Under the pieces are notes generated by a model. It did not search any database and was not told the DNA's origin. It worked only from the letters and a program-made list of their open reading frames with translations. This document shows, one piece after another, positions 10,154 to 19,610 of a stretch of 60,315 nt of DNA. The translations under genes and the position numbers were made by a program. Origin of the DNA: Armatimonadota bacterium (GTDB lineage: Bacteria; Armatimonadota; UBA5829); NCBI GenBank assembly GCA_029907315.1, contig JARYME010000004.1:1-60315 (forward strand), given 5' to 3'. Numbering within the stretch: the first letter of the stretch is position 1; every line of letters starts with the position of its first letter.

Positions 10154-11875
10154 ATGGGCTACGTATCGCTATATCGCAAGTACCGCTCGCAGACATTTGA
10201 TGACGTCGTGGGTCAGGATCACGTCGTCAAGACGATAAGGAATGCCATCAAGGCAGGCCACATTGGACACGGGTACTTGTTCTGCGGCTCAAGAGGAACC
10301 GGCAAAACTACCGTGGCCCGCCTGGTGGCCAAAGCTCTAAACTGCATCGCGAGCGATGGACCAACACCTGATCCCTGCAACCAGTGTGAGGCGTGCCTCT
10401 CGATAGCCGCAGGCACGGCTGTCGACGTCATCGAGATGGACGCTGCCTCAAACAGAAGCGTGGATGACGTGGACGCACTCCGGGAAGGGGTGAAGTATCC
10501 ACCGATGCGCCTGCGGTACAAGGTCTATATCATCGACGAAGCCCATCAGCTTTCACCTCAAGCCAAGGACGCTTTTCTCAAAACCCTCGAAGAACCTCCC
10601 CCGCACGCCGTGTTTATTCTAGCCACCACTGAGGCCGGTAAAATCCCGGTTACAATACGTTCGCGCTGCCAGCAGTTTGACTTCAGACGAGGAAGCATCG
10701 AGGAAATCAAGAGTCGACTCGCCTACGTTGCAAAGGCGGAGGGAATAGCGATAGAAGACGAAGCTTTGGAGCTTGTTGCGCGGCTTGCCTCTGGATCCTA
10801 CCGCGATGCGCTGAGCATTTTGGAGCAACTTGCGGCATATACTGACGGTGCAATCGGGGTAAAAGACGTCCATGCTGTCGCTGGCACGGTAGATGAGGAT
10901 GTGCTCCTAGAGATCGGAGAGACTCTTGCGTCAGGTGATTTGGCCGACGCTTTCGGACTCGCGCGGAAGCTCATTAACCAAGGCGGCGATGTTCGTGAGC
11001 TACTAAAATCCATCGCCAACCATTTCAGAGACTTACTGGCACTGAAAGTTGGTGCAGATCCCAAACGCAGCTCAGACCCAACGTGGAAAGCTCAGTGCGA
11101 GAAATACTCCCATCAGCAACTGCTTCGCGCTATCGAGATCTTCTCAGCTGCGGAGAAAGATTTGCGGTACACGGAGCATGAGCAACTTGTGCTTGAAGGG
11201 GCTCTTCTAAAGTTTATGTTGGAGCCGAACGAGGATTACCGAATCACCGCAGCAGTAAGCCCCGAAGAGGTAATGACGAAAACCAAACCGAACGCGCAAT
11301 TCGACCAGGCGTTGGTCAGTATTGGAAAAACAGAACCCACGACTTCCAAGACAAGTGCACCAGGCGCAAAGCACTCAGACGGAAACGGGCAGCGGTGGGA
11401 CGACCTGAGCGATGATTATGACCCGTTTTCCGAAGAAAGCCTCGAGCCACCAACTCAGCCAGAGAAAACCGAACAAGGCAAAGCAGTGCCTGGACAGCTG
11501 CAAGAGATCCAGCGGAACTGGCAGAAAGTAATAACTTACCTGCAAAAGGTAATGAAGCGCGTGAGCGACGCAGCAGTAGCGCGTGAGGGAACACCCGCAG
11601 CATTCGACGGGACCACGGTGACAATTGCCTTCGAACGCAAGCACAAGTTCCATCATGACAGAACGCAGGAAAACGCAGCGTTGATCGCTGAGGCAATTGA
11701 AAAGGTTACAGGACTGCAAGTTAAGGTAGCAACAATCTTGCAAGATGAGCCCAAGTCGCAGCGTCAGCCCGATCAAGGAACAACAACGCAGGAGCATCCT
11801 CAAAAGGATGAGATCATAACGATGTTCGACGGCCGTGAAGTTGAACCCGGTCCCGACCCTTGGGAAGAGGAGTAA
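10154..11875 (+). CDS. dnaX: DNA polymerase III subunit gamma/tau
   Basis: YRSQTFDDVVGQDHV, Walker A GSRGTGKTT, the zinc module CNQCEAC, and DEAH in YIIDEAHQL. Confidence 0.9.
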   Translation: MGYVSLYRKYRSQTFDDVVGQDHVVKTIRNAIKAGHIGHGYLFCGSRGTGKTTVARLVAKALNCIASDGPTPDPCNQCEACLSIAAGTAVDVIEMDAASNRSVDDVDALREGVKYPPMRLRYKVYIIDEAHQLSPQAKDAFLKTLEEPPPHAVFILATTEAGKIPVTIRSRCQQFDFRRGSIEEIKSRLAYVAKAEGIAIEDEALELVARLASGSYRDALSILEQLAAYTDGAIGVKDVHAVAGTVDEDVLLEIGETLASGDLADAFGLARKLINQGGDVRELLKSIANHFRDLLALKVGADPKRSSDPTWKAQCEKYSHQQLLRAIEIFSAAEKDLRYTEHEQLVLEGALLKFMLEPNEDYRITAAVSPEEVMTKTKPNAQFDQALVSIGKTEPTTSKTSAPGAKHSDGNGQRWDDLSDDYDPFSEESLEPPTQPEKTEQGKAVPGQLQEIQRNWQKVITYLQKVMKRVSDAAVAREGTPAAFDGTTVTIAFERKHKFHHDRTQENAALIAEAIEKVTGLQVKVATILQDEPKSQRQPDQGTTTQEHPQKDEIITMFDGREVEPGPDPWEEE

Positions 11876-11883
11876 GCAAGAAT

Positions 11884-12222
11884 ATGGCTAAGCGAAATCC
11901 ATTCGGCAACATACCCGGACTAGGCGATATGATGCGCCAAGTCCAGAAAATGGCTGAGGACACCCAGAAACTTGAGATTGAGTTGGCAAATGAGCGAGTA
12001 GAGGCAACATCAGGCGGCGGGATGGTGAAGGCCGTCGCAAATGCCAAGGGGGAAATTTTGGAGATCAAGATAGACCCCCAGGTCGTTGATCCGGAAGACG
12101 TAGAAATGCTCGAAGATTTGGTTGTAAGCGCCGTTCGAGAAGTTCTGCAAAAGGGCCTGGAAATAAAGACTGCTAGACTCCAGGAAATTACAGGCGGTCT
12201 CGACCTTCCTGGGATACTTTGA
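11884..12222 (+). CDS. ybaB: YbaB/EbfC nucleoid-associated protein
   Basis: MMRQVQKMAEDTQKLE...GGGMVKAVANAKGEILEIKIDP is typical of the family. ATG at 11884 is preceded by GAGGAG. Follows dnaX as usual. Confidence 0.85.
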   Translation: MAKRNPFGNIPGLGDMMRQVQKMAEDTQKLEIELANERVEATSGGGMVKAVANAKGEILEIKIDPQVVDPEDVEMLEDLVVSAVREVLQKGLEIKTARLQEITGGLDLPGIL

Positions 12223-12952
12223 TTAGAACATCGACCAGGAAGGTTGCTAGTTTTCTCGCCGAACGCTGTGCGATGAAATAGAACCCAAGCAAGCTGGGGA
12301 GTTCAGTCGGCCGTTTACCTAGACCCCACAGGAACGCGCTCTTTGATAGGCCGCCGTCAGCGAAAATGCCCGGGAGGATATCAGATGCAGTATCGCTGAC
12401 GACTCTGACTGCGGAAAATCGGATCCCAGTAGCTCGGCACACTTGCGCGACAGCGTACGACTCCATGTCCACGGCAGCAGCACCAGTAGCCACATAGAGA
12501 CGAGCCTTCTCTTCCGGTAAGCAGATAACCGACTTGCAACTTATAATATCTGCCAGACGCACTGCGTGCTCCGCACCGTGACCTGCCATATTGGTCATAT
12601 CGCTTAACAGCAAATCACACTCTATCGGACTGCACTGCGCGGACACGTCGCTATAAACGCGTTTCGCAATGATTAGGTCGCCACGAGCCAATTTCGGATC
12701 TAGCCCACCGGCAATCCCGGCAGCGAGCACAGCTTCGACACCCTTGTCTACCAAGAATCGAGCAGATGCCCGAGCCCGTTCCCAACCGACACCACTGGAC
12801 AGGGCAAGAACCATCGTCTCGCCCAGACGAGATTTGAAAACGCCTTCCCAACATTCGATATGACATCCGCGACGTCTGAGAGCCCTCACAAACTCTTTTA
12901 GCTCGAAATTGAGCGCGAACAAGATTCCGAGATCGGCTTGATCATCAGGCAA
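12188..12952 (-). CDS. PNP_UDP_1 nucleoside phosphorylase-superfamily protein (MTA/SAH nucleosidase, futalosine hydrolase or HpnG-like; subtype unresolved)
   Basis: AAGIAGGLDP and AVDMESYAVAQVC motifs are typical of the phosphorylase/nucleosidase fold. Its 3' end overlaps ybaB convergently by 35 nt. Confidence 0.6.
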   Translation of the reverse strand: MPDDQADLGILFALNFELKEFVRALRRRGCHIECWEGVFKSRLGETMVLALSSGVGWERARASARFLVDKGVEAVLAAGIAGGLDPKLARGDLIIAKRVYSDVSAQCSPIECDLLLSDMTNMAGHGAEHAVRLADIISCKSVICLPEEKARLYVATGAAAVDMESYAVAQVCRATGIRFSAVRVVSDTASDILPGIFADGGLSKSAFLWGLGKRPTELPSLLGFYFIAQRSARKLATFLVDVLIKVSQEGRDRL

Positions 12953-13140
12953 GAAAAATCACCTCTCTACCAGCGAGAGAGTTCGCTACGTAACGAACGC
13001 TTGTACAGTGCATTGAATCCAATCTATTCTCGCTTCAAACTGAAGCGAGTAAATCCGATCGCCTTAATATACAAATACACGCAACCGATCGTTCATCACC
13101 ACTGGAGGAAATACATCTGGCCAGGGATAAAGCATTAGCG

Positions 13141-14367
13141 ATGATTTGTCTCGGCGGTTTGTTCCGCACGCTATCCAGATTCCTGGCGTCGCACGGCAGG
13201 CGCCTAGCGGCATGTGTATATGTGTTCCTTGCCGCCTACAGCCTATCACACGCAGCGAGGTTAGACAATTCCATGAGAAGACTTGAGTGGGCGAAGATCA
13301 AAATAGATGACGGCGCTTACGAATCGGCGGCCGCATTCGATGTCAATAACGACGGTAAACTAGACATCGTCTGCGGCGCTTACTGGTACGAGGCTCCGAA
13401 TTGGACCAAGCACAAGATATGCGACATACGAGCCGAGGGTGAATACTACGACGACTTCTCAACAATTGCGATTGATGTCAACGGCGATGGGTATCTAGAC
13501 ATCGTTACCGGAGGCTGGTGGGGTGGCACACTAGTTTGGCGAGAAAACCCAAAGGGACAAAGCAGGGAGTGGACGACCCACGAGATTGACCGGTGCGGCA
13601 ACATTGAAACCACGCGAGCGTGGGACGTAGACGGCGATGGTCAACTGGAGATTTGCCCCAACACCCCCGGAGCACCTCTTCGGTTCTACAAGCTTGTGAA
13701 GAAGGCCGACAAGCCGGAGTTCCGCAAGATCATGATACAGAAAGAGGGCTCTCAGGGCCACGGGCTCGGATTCGGCGATGTAAACGGTGACGGCCGCGGC
13801 GACTTCATAGTCAACACCGGCTGGTGGGAGGCTCCTGCAGACCCGCTCGAGGGCGAGTGGGTCTTCCATCAGGAGTTCAACCTAGGAAGCGCTAGCGTGC
13901 CGATTATTGTTGACGATTTCAACGGAGACGGCTTGGCAGAATTAATCGTCGGACAAGCACACGGCTATGGTCTCGACTACTACACGCAGGCCGCTGTAGG
14001 GAACAGCAGAAAATGGACCAAACACCCTATAGATCCCTATTTCTCCCAGTACCACGAGTTGGTGTACGCGGATATAGACGGAGACGGCCAGAAGGAGCTT
14101 ATTACAGGCAATAGATACCGCGCACACTGCGGGACAGAGCCAGGAGAAACGGACATTGTCGGTCTGTATTATTTCAAGTGGAACGGTGAATCGTGGACGA
14201 AGTGCGTGATTGATCATGGGAAAGCAGGGGAGCACTCGGGTACCGGTATCTTCATGCACGTAGTCGACATTGACGGTGACGGCAGGCTCGACATCATAGC
14301 ACCTGGAAAGGAAGGGCTGTTCTTGTTTAGGAATCTCGGACCTGAACAAGTTGGAACACAGAAGTAA
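13141..14367 (+). CDS. Secreted FG-GAP/VCBS repeat protein (predicted 7-bladed beta-propeller)
   Basis: Seven D-x-[ND]-x-D-G-x-x-[DE] calcium-type repeats: DVNNDGKLDIV, DVNGDGYLDIV, DVDGDGQLEI, DVNGDGRGDFIV, DFNGDGLAELIV, DIDGDGQKELI, DIDGDGRLDII. Has an N-terminal hydrophobic signal. Confidence 0.75.
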   Translation: MICLGGLFRTLSRFLASHGRRLAACVYVFLAAYSLSHAARLDNSMRRLEWAKIKIDDGAYESAAAFDVNNDGKLDIVCGAYWYEAPNWTKHKICDIRAEGEYYDDFSTIAIDVNGDGYLDIVTGGWWGGTLVWRENPKGQSREWTTHEIDRCGNIETTRAWDVDGDGQLEICPNTPGAPLRFYKLVKKADKPEFRKIMIQKEGSQGHGLGFGDVNGDGRGDFIVNTGWWEAPADPLEGEWVFHQEFNLGSASVPIIVDDFNGDGLAELIVGQAHGYGLDYYTQAAVGNSRKWTKHPIDPYFSQYHELVYADIDGDGQKELITGNRYRAHCGTEPGETDIVGLYYFKWNGESWTKCVIDHGKAGEHSGTGIFMHVVDIDGDGRLDIIAPGKEGLFLFRNLGPEQVGTQK

Positions 14368-14399
14368 AGCATCCTATCTCACTGTCCAGGAGGAAAGAG

Positions 14400-15818
14400 A
14401 TGGCCAAGATAGCGATGATTGGTGCAGGGAGCGTTATCTTCTGCAAGACGCTGATGATGGACATCATGGCGACTGAGGAACTGGCAGATTCTGAATTCGC
14501 ACTTATGAGCCCAACGGAAACAAAACTGCGCAGAATGGAAGCATTTGCCAAGGACGTAATCCGCGAGAACAACCTGCCGACGAAGGTGTGGGCAACAACA
14601 GACCGCCGCAAAGCGCTCGAAGGCGCGGATTACGTGGTCATAATGATCCAGGTGGGCGGGGCTGACGCGTTCCAGTTGGACTGGGAAATCCCACTCAAAT
14701 ACGGTGTGGACCAATGTATAGGTGACTCGCTAGGCCCTGGTGGCGTTTTTCGCGCGCTGCGCACCATACCTGTGTTGATAGATATTGCCAAAGACGTAAT
14801 GGAGCTGTGCCCCGACGCTTATGTGCTGAACTACGCCAATCCAATGGCCGCCAATTGCTGGGCATTGGGGACGGTGCCGGGACTTAAGTTTGTAGGCCTG
14901 TGTCATGGAGTTCAAACTACGCTGGACCTGATAGCAGGTTATACAGGTGTAAAGAAAGAGGAAATCGATTTCGTTGCCGCCGGAATCAACCACATGGCGT
15001 GGTTCCTGAAGCTCGAGCACAAAGGACGTGATCTCTACCCAATACTCCGCGAGAAGTTCGAGAAGCCAGAGTACTACGTAAACGAGAAGGTGCGTGGCGA
15101 GGTGTTCAGACATTTCGGCTACTTCATGACTGAAAGCACAGGCCACTTATCGGAGTATGTACCCTGGTTCCGCAAGAACAAGAAGGCTCTGGAAACATAT
15201 TGCGATCAGCCCGATTTCGGCGGGGCCAGCGGGGCGTATTACAAATACTGCCGAATGCTAGAAGAAAAGTTCAAAACTACTGACCCACTATCGATCGAAT
15301 CCAAGAAACTCGAGCCGAGAAGTGCTGAATACTGCTCCTATATAATCGAGGCATTGGAAACTGGGCGTATTTTCCGGTTTAACGGCAACGTGCGGAACGA
15401 CTCGTTCATCACAAACTTGCCTAACGGTTGCTGCGTGGAAGTACCAGTGTATGCAGACAAGACGGGTTTGCATCCAACAACTATCGGCGACTTGCCGCCG
15501 CAGTGCGCCGCGCTCAATATGACCAACGTTTTGGTCCAAGGGCTTACCGTGCAGGCCGCACTCAAAGCAAACCCAGAACTGGTCATGCAAGCAATAGCAC
15601 TCGATCCGCTGACAGGCGCTGTCCTGACGCTTCACGAAATCCGAGAAATGACGCGCGAGATGCTTCAGGCCGAGTCTAAATGGCTGCCCCAATTCGAGGG
15701 CAAGACATTGGAACCGAAGCCATTCATTTCTATTCCACCGGACACAAAGCCTGCAGAAGTACCACTGGACCCGGCGCTGGCAATCGCAAATCGTTTTATC
15801 AAACTGGCTCAGTCGTAG
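14400..15818 (+). CDS. Glycoside hydrolase family 4 (NAD/Mn-dependent alpha-glucosidase or alpha-galactosidase)
   Basis: N-terminal Rossmann KIAMIGAGSVIF, plus GLCHG and INHMAWF motifs. 472 aa. AGGAGG RBS. Confidence 0.85.
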   Translation: MAKIAMIGAGSVIFCKTLMMDIMATEELADSEFALMSPTETKLRRMEAFAKDVIRENNLPTKVWATTDRRKALEGADYVVIMIQVGGADAFQLDWEIPLKYGVDQCIGDSLGPGGVFRALRTIPVLIDIAKDVMELCPDAYVLNYANPMAANCWALGTVPGLKFVGLCHGVQTTLDLIAGYTGVKKEEIDFVAAGINHMAWFLKLEHKGRDLYPILREKFEKPEYYVNEKVRGEVFRHFGYFMTESTGHLSEYVPWFRKNKKALETYCDQPDFGGASGAYYKYCRMLEEKFKTTDPLSIESKKLEPRSAEYCSYIIEALETGRIFRFNGNVRNDSFITNLPNGCCVEVPVYADKTGLHPTTIGDLPPQCAALNMTNVLVQGLTVQAALKANPELVMQAIALDPLTGAVLTLHEIREMTREMLQAESKWLPQFEGKTLEPKPFISIPPDTKPAEVPLDPALAIANRFIKLAQS

Positions 15819-15916
15819 TGCAGCAGGACAAAGCGGCAGCCGCTGCACAGTGCTAAGTCCACAGACTTGAATCTATCTTCCAATTTACAAACGAAAACAT
15901 AGTTTGGCTCACACGG

Positions 15917-16756
15917 ATGGACCCTTCGAAACTGCTGGTGTCGTTCTCTCTGGCACTTTACAGCCAGTGGTTCTACCACAAGCCGACGCGCTGTCTCTTT
16001 GACGCCGGGGAATGTGTGGCAACGGCACTCGGAAAGAGAGTATTTGGTATTCGACGAGTTTTTCTTTCGCACGGCCACGAGGATCATATTTCAGGACTAG
16101 CTAATCTTGTGAACGTGCGCAACCTTGCTGCCGGCAGCTCCGACAAGCCACTGCACGTTTACTATCCTTTTGGCGACCCATGGATAGAAGCTTTATTGGA
16201 ATACATCAAGGCCAAGCAATCCGGACTGCTGCGCTACGCACTGTACGCCGAGCCGATAAGACCTGGGGATCAGATCCTCTTGGATGACTTGAAGCGACCC
16301 ACGCGGGTAACGGCGTTCGAGACGGCGCATGTGCCGGGGCGCTTGTGTCTAGGCTTCGAAATAGAGCAGGAAAAAACCCTCCTGGATCTGCACATTGGAC
16401 ACAGGATGAGAGTGCCTGTCCCTGTATTTTTCTATTCAGGCGATGGATATCAAGCTTTCCATTCGCCATACGGCCGAGTCGAATTGGCCATCCACGAAGC
16501 GACTTTTCTCCAACGAGACGTTGGAACCTCAGCTCGGCATATAGCGCAGCGGCATTCCACAGTTGAAACTGCGATTCAATGGGCAACGAGGGAAGACGTA
16601 AAGTGCCTGATCTTGTGTCACATCTCAGACCGATACTCGAAAGAGGAACTCCTCGAAGCTGCACGTGCTGCGATCCACGAATCGAAGTTCAGAGGCGAAG
16701 CATACGCCGCTATCAGAGACGCAATCATTCCGATAGCATATAAGGAGAATTCGTAG
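15917..16756 (+). CDS. MBL-fold metallo-hydrolase (RNase Z/BN-like)
   Basis: HGHEDH (HxHxDH) motif and a later conserved His (IHEATF). Confidence 0.7.
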   Translation: MDPSKLLVSFSLALYSQWFYHKPTRCLFDAGECVATALGKRVFGIRRVFLSHGHEDHISGLANLVNVRNLAAGSSDKPLHVYYPFGDPWIEALLEYIKAKQSGLLRYALYAEPIRPGDQILLDDLKRPTRVTAFETAHVPGRLCLGFEIEQEKTLLDLHIGHRMRVPVPVFFYSGDGYQAFHSPYGRVELAIHEATFLQRDVGTSARHIAQRHSTVETAIQWATREDVKCLILCHISDRYSKEELLEAARAAIHESKFRGEAYAAIRDAIIPIAYKENS

Positions 16757-17041
16757 ATCAGAAAATTAAGTGGGCGCTCGTGTACTCAGAGATGAAGTGG
16801 GCACGAGGGACTCATTCAGCCGCCCAACATCAGTGCGCACAGAGATCTGCTTGCCCGCGGCTCCCCATTCGCAAATGGACACGGTAACAACTTGGCCACA
16901 CGCCACTTAGGATCGCAGATCTGAAGGCGCCTCTGCGCATTAAAAGCAGCGAACAACCGGCCTGCAACAGAGAAAGCGCTCCAACGCGGTGCTCTTAGGA
17001 GCCTCATTGGGCTAGGAGAAGATGCCGCGCTGGATTGAGTT

Positions 17042-17509
17042 CTAGGTTGGTGGAGGTGGCGGTCCCTCTACAGTCACCGTGAGCTGCGGTGAGGCTGCCG
17101 TATTTCCGGCAGCGTCCTTGGCCGTGATAACGATCTTGAAAACTCCACTAGGAATAAGACTTGCGATGTCCGGCTGCCAAGAGGCAGTGTAAGTAGACCC
17201 CGAAGACGCACTCATTGGAACCGTCACGGTACCATTGTTCGGTTTGGTGATGGTCGCTGTAACAGATGCCACCGCCACGTTGTCAGTTACGATTGCGGTA
17301 ATGGTGATCTTCCCACCGACAGGCTGTAACTCGGTAGGTGTCGCGCTCGGCGAAGATATTACCGGAGCGGTGGTGTCTGTGCTGCCGCCACCACCGCCGT
17401 TGTTACCACCACCGCCTCCTCCACAACCCATCACGAAAACGGCAGCTGCGCAAAGTAACAGTATGCAGCGTATCTGAGCAGCAGAGCAGATTAATCTAGT
17501 GCCGTACAT
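17042..17509 (-). CDS. Small putative lipoprotein with a Gly-run linker, an Ig-like domain and a Pro-run tail
   Basis: Signal peptide ending VFVMGC (lipobox-like), then GGGGGGNNGGGGGS, a beta-rich T/V/A domain (DNVAVASV) and C-terminal PPPPPT. I chose the second ATG (17509) because GAGGG lies 9 nt upstream of it. Confidence 0.55.
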   Translation of the reverse strand: MYGTRLICSAAQIRCILLLCAAAVFVMGCGGGGGGNNGGGGGSTDTTAPVISSPSATPTELQPVGGKITITAIVTDNVAVASVTATITKPNNGTVTVPMSASSGSTYTASWQPDIASLIPSGVFKIVITAKDAAGNTAASPQLTVTVEGPPPPPT

Positions 17510-17806
17510 TGTTGCCATCCCTCAAAGCCTGGACGTTTCGCCCATGTGAAATTGTTCCACACAACTGAGGACTTCTCTTGTCCCATGCGATGTTCCTTGC
17601 TTGAATCTGTGATGAAGCGCGAAGTTATTTAGCCGTCCCTGCAACCGTCGGCCACACACATACCGCACACCTGCGCCGGGCTGCCACTGAATATCGAGCA
17701 AACCCATACGATAAAAACGGAGGAACCGCCTGCAATTGAGATCATCAATCTGAGACGCCACGATATAGCTCAAATATCGCTCAAAACGCACCCCGTGAGC
17801 TTTTGT

Positions 17807-17835
17807 TTGACAGTCGCAGGAAGCAAAACTATCAT
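17807..17835 (+). promoter_or_regulatory. Sigma-70-type promoter (TTGACA-17-TATCAT) for the SSS transporter
   Basis: Read directly as ttgaca gtcgcaggaagcaaaac tatcat, about 30 nt upstream of the ORF start. Confidence 0.55.
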
Positions 17836-17862
17836 TGAGCGCAGAGTTGTTCGACGTGGAGG

Positions 17863-19578
17863 TTGCGTCAGTTGTTTGGTGTTGTTGATGCGATTTTCTT
17901 CCTCGGATACATGGTCATCGTGATGGTGATCGGATTCGCTGTGGGCCGCAGAGAAAAAGCCACAATCGCAGATTATTTCCGCGCAGGTAACACTCTCCCC
18001 TGGTACGCGATAGGCTTTTCAATAATAGCAGCAGGGATTTCGTCCGAACAGTTTGTGGGCGAAATGGGTTATGCCTACAAGCTGGGCATGCCGGTGGTAA
18101 ATTGGGAATGGCTGATATTCCCCTCGCTTTCCATTCTTTTGTGGATATTTGTGCCCCTATACGTTCGGAACCGGATAACGACTATGCCGGAGTACCTCGA
18201 GAGACGCTTCGGCCCCCGGTGCCGAACGCTCTACGCATCGCTCATAGTTGCCAGTTACGTATTCGCAAACTTTGCGCTTGTTTTCTACACAGCGGGATTT
18301 GCTATGGAGCGCATGTGGGGCTTCAACCGCTTCCTCGCCGTATGGATACTGGCGATTACAACAGGGGCTTACACGATCTACGGTGGTCTGGCTTCAGTCG
18401 CCTGGACCGATTTCTTTCAGTGCGCGCTGCTTCTCGGCGGCGGGCTTTATGTCTTCTTCGCGGGCATGGCCCGTATAGGATGGGATTTCTCAGCAGTAAT
18501 CGGCACCGGCGACCGCGCGCACCTGATCAAACATTCTTGTCCTGAGGTGCCGTGGACTGCATTGATTATCCTGGCTCTCTCGACAAACGTTTGGTACTAC
18601 GCAACCGATCAGTTCATAAACCAGCGCTGCCTGGGAGCAAAGAGCGAATGGCACTCGAAAATGGGCGTTCTGCTTGCCGGGGCGCTGCAGCTCATTCTAC
18701 CGCTGGCCACTTGCTTCCCGGGGATGATCTATCGCGTTATCAATCCGAATTTAGAGATTTCCGATGAAGCATACCCGCGAATCGTCTCAACAGTGGTGCC
18801 CGCCGGTTTGCGGGGTTTGGTAGCAGCCGCGATCCTCGGAGCCATAATGTCGACCATATCGGGACTAGTAAACTCCACGGCGGCCATGGTGACGTTGGAT
18901 ATCTTCCGAAGGTGGAAAGGACGCACGCTCCCTGAACACAAACTCATACGGTTTGGGATGTGGGCGGGTGGTACGGCATTGTTTATAGGAGCGTGTTTCT
19001 CCATACTGGTCTCAAAATGGGAAAACATGTTTCGATACTGCCAAGACATCTGGGCACCTATGGCCGCTCCCGCCGTTGTGGTGTTTCTTTCAGGAGCATT
19101 GTGGAAAAAAGCTTCCGAACGCGGCGCCGTTGCGTGCCTTTGGATCTCTATTCTGACAGTGCCTCTCACGTTCGTCAAACAGCTTCTCGCAGACCGGGGT
19201 ATTCACTTCCTGCCGGCCCCGCTGGAGAATTCGATGGTTTTCGCCGGTCTGGTTTTTGTAGCCTCGAGTGCCGTTATGGCAGCTCTTTCCCTGATTCGGT
19301 CGCGAGTTTGGGGAGCTGCAGTTTCCATAGCCGCGTGCATCCCTCTAACGTGGATAGCGGTGCGGAGCACGTCGGCCGTTGCCCTAATGGTCTTAGCGGA
19401 AGTCTTGCTTGCCATATTTGGATTTGGCTGGAGAGCACGGCAAAAGACCGATACTATGTGGGATCGTTCGATGCTGGCACTGCCACCTGGGGAAACCGAA
19501 CGTTGGTATTCCAGCCTATGGCTTTGGTGGGGCGTCGTAGGATGCTGCTTCGCCTTAATCTATTGGCGGTTCTGGTAA
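17863..19578 (+). CDS. Sodium:solute symporter family (SSF/SGLT-like) transporter
   Basis: 571 aa with more than 13 hydrophobic segments. Typical SSF N-terminus (ADYFRAGNTLPWYAIGFSIIAAGISSEQFVG). The start is a TTG at 17863 or 17872. Confidence 0.85.
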   Translation: MRQLFGVVDAIFFLGYMVIVMVIGFAVGRREKATIADYFRAGNTLPWYAIGFSIIAAGISSEQFVGEMGYAYKLGMPVVNWEWLIFPSLSILLWIFVPLYVRNRITTMPEYLERRFGPRCRTLYASLIVASYVFANFALVFYTAGFAMERMWGFNRFLAVWILAITTGAYTIYGGLASVAWTDFFQCALLLGGGLYVFFAGMARIGWDFSAVIGTGDRAHLIKHSCPEVPWTALIILALSTNVWYYATDQFINQRCLGAKSEWHSKMGVLLAGALQLILPLATCFPGMIYRVINPNLEISDEAYPRIVSTVVPAGLRGLVAAAILGAIMSTISGLVNSTAAMVTLDIFRRWKGRTLPEHKLIRFGMWAGGTALFIGACFSILVSKWENMFRYCQDIWAPMAAPAVVVFLSGALWKKASERGAVACLWISILTVPLTFVKQLLADRGIHFLPAPLENSMVFAGLVFVASSAVMAALSLIRSRVWGAAVSIAACIPLTWIAVRSTSAVALMVLAEVLLAIFGFGWRARQKTDTMWDRSMLALPPGETERWYSSLWLWWGVVGCCFALIYWRFW

Positions 19579-19610
19579 ACGCACATCGAACAGGACAGGG
19601 CTTTGAGAGC

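Noticed and set aside
10154-11875. Possible programmed frameshift or slippage site in dnaX (gamma versus tau)
   Set aside because: I looked for A AAA AAG or a long A-run with a downstream hairpin. I found only GGAAAAACA near 11326, so there is no support.
13029-13049. Perfect 9-bp hairpin (ctcgcttca aac tgaagcgag) in the divergent intergenic region between the phosphorylase-family gene and the FG-GAP gene
   Set aside because: It sits between two gene starts, so it is not a terminator. It could be an operator or a leader element, but with a single copy and no partner motif there is nothing to build on.
15819-15860. Bulged GC-rich hairpin (gtgcagcagg...ccgctgcac) after the GH4 stop
   Set aside because: No U-run follows it and the stem is imperfect. 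It is too weak to call a terminator.
17522-17791. 89-aa minus-strand ORF ending 3 nt before the lipoprotein ORF
   Set aside because: Its translation is R/C/H-rich with no hydrophobic core pattern. Its stop codon lies within the lipoprotein RBS region. The same DNA carries the good plus-strand promoter region for the SSS transporter. It is probably non-coding.
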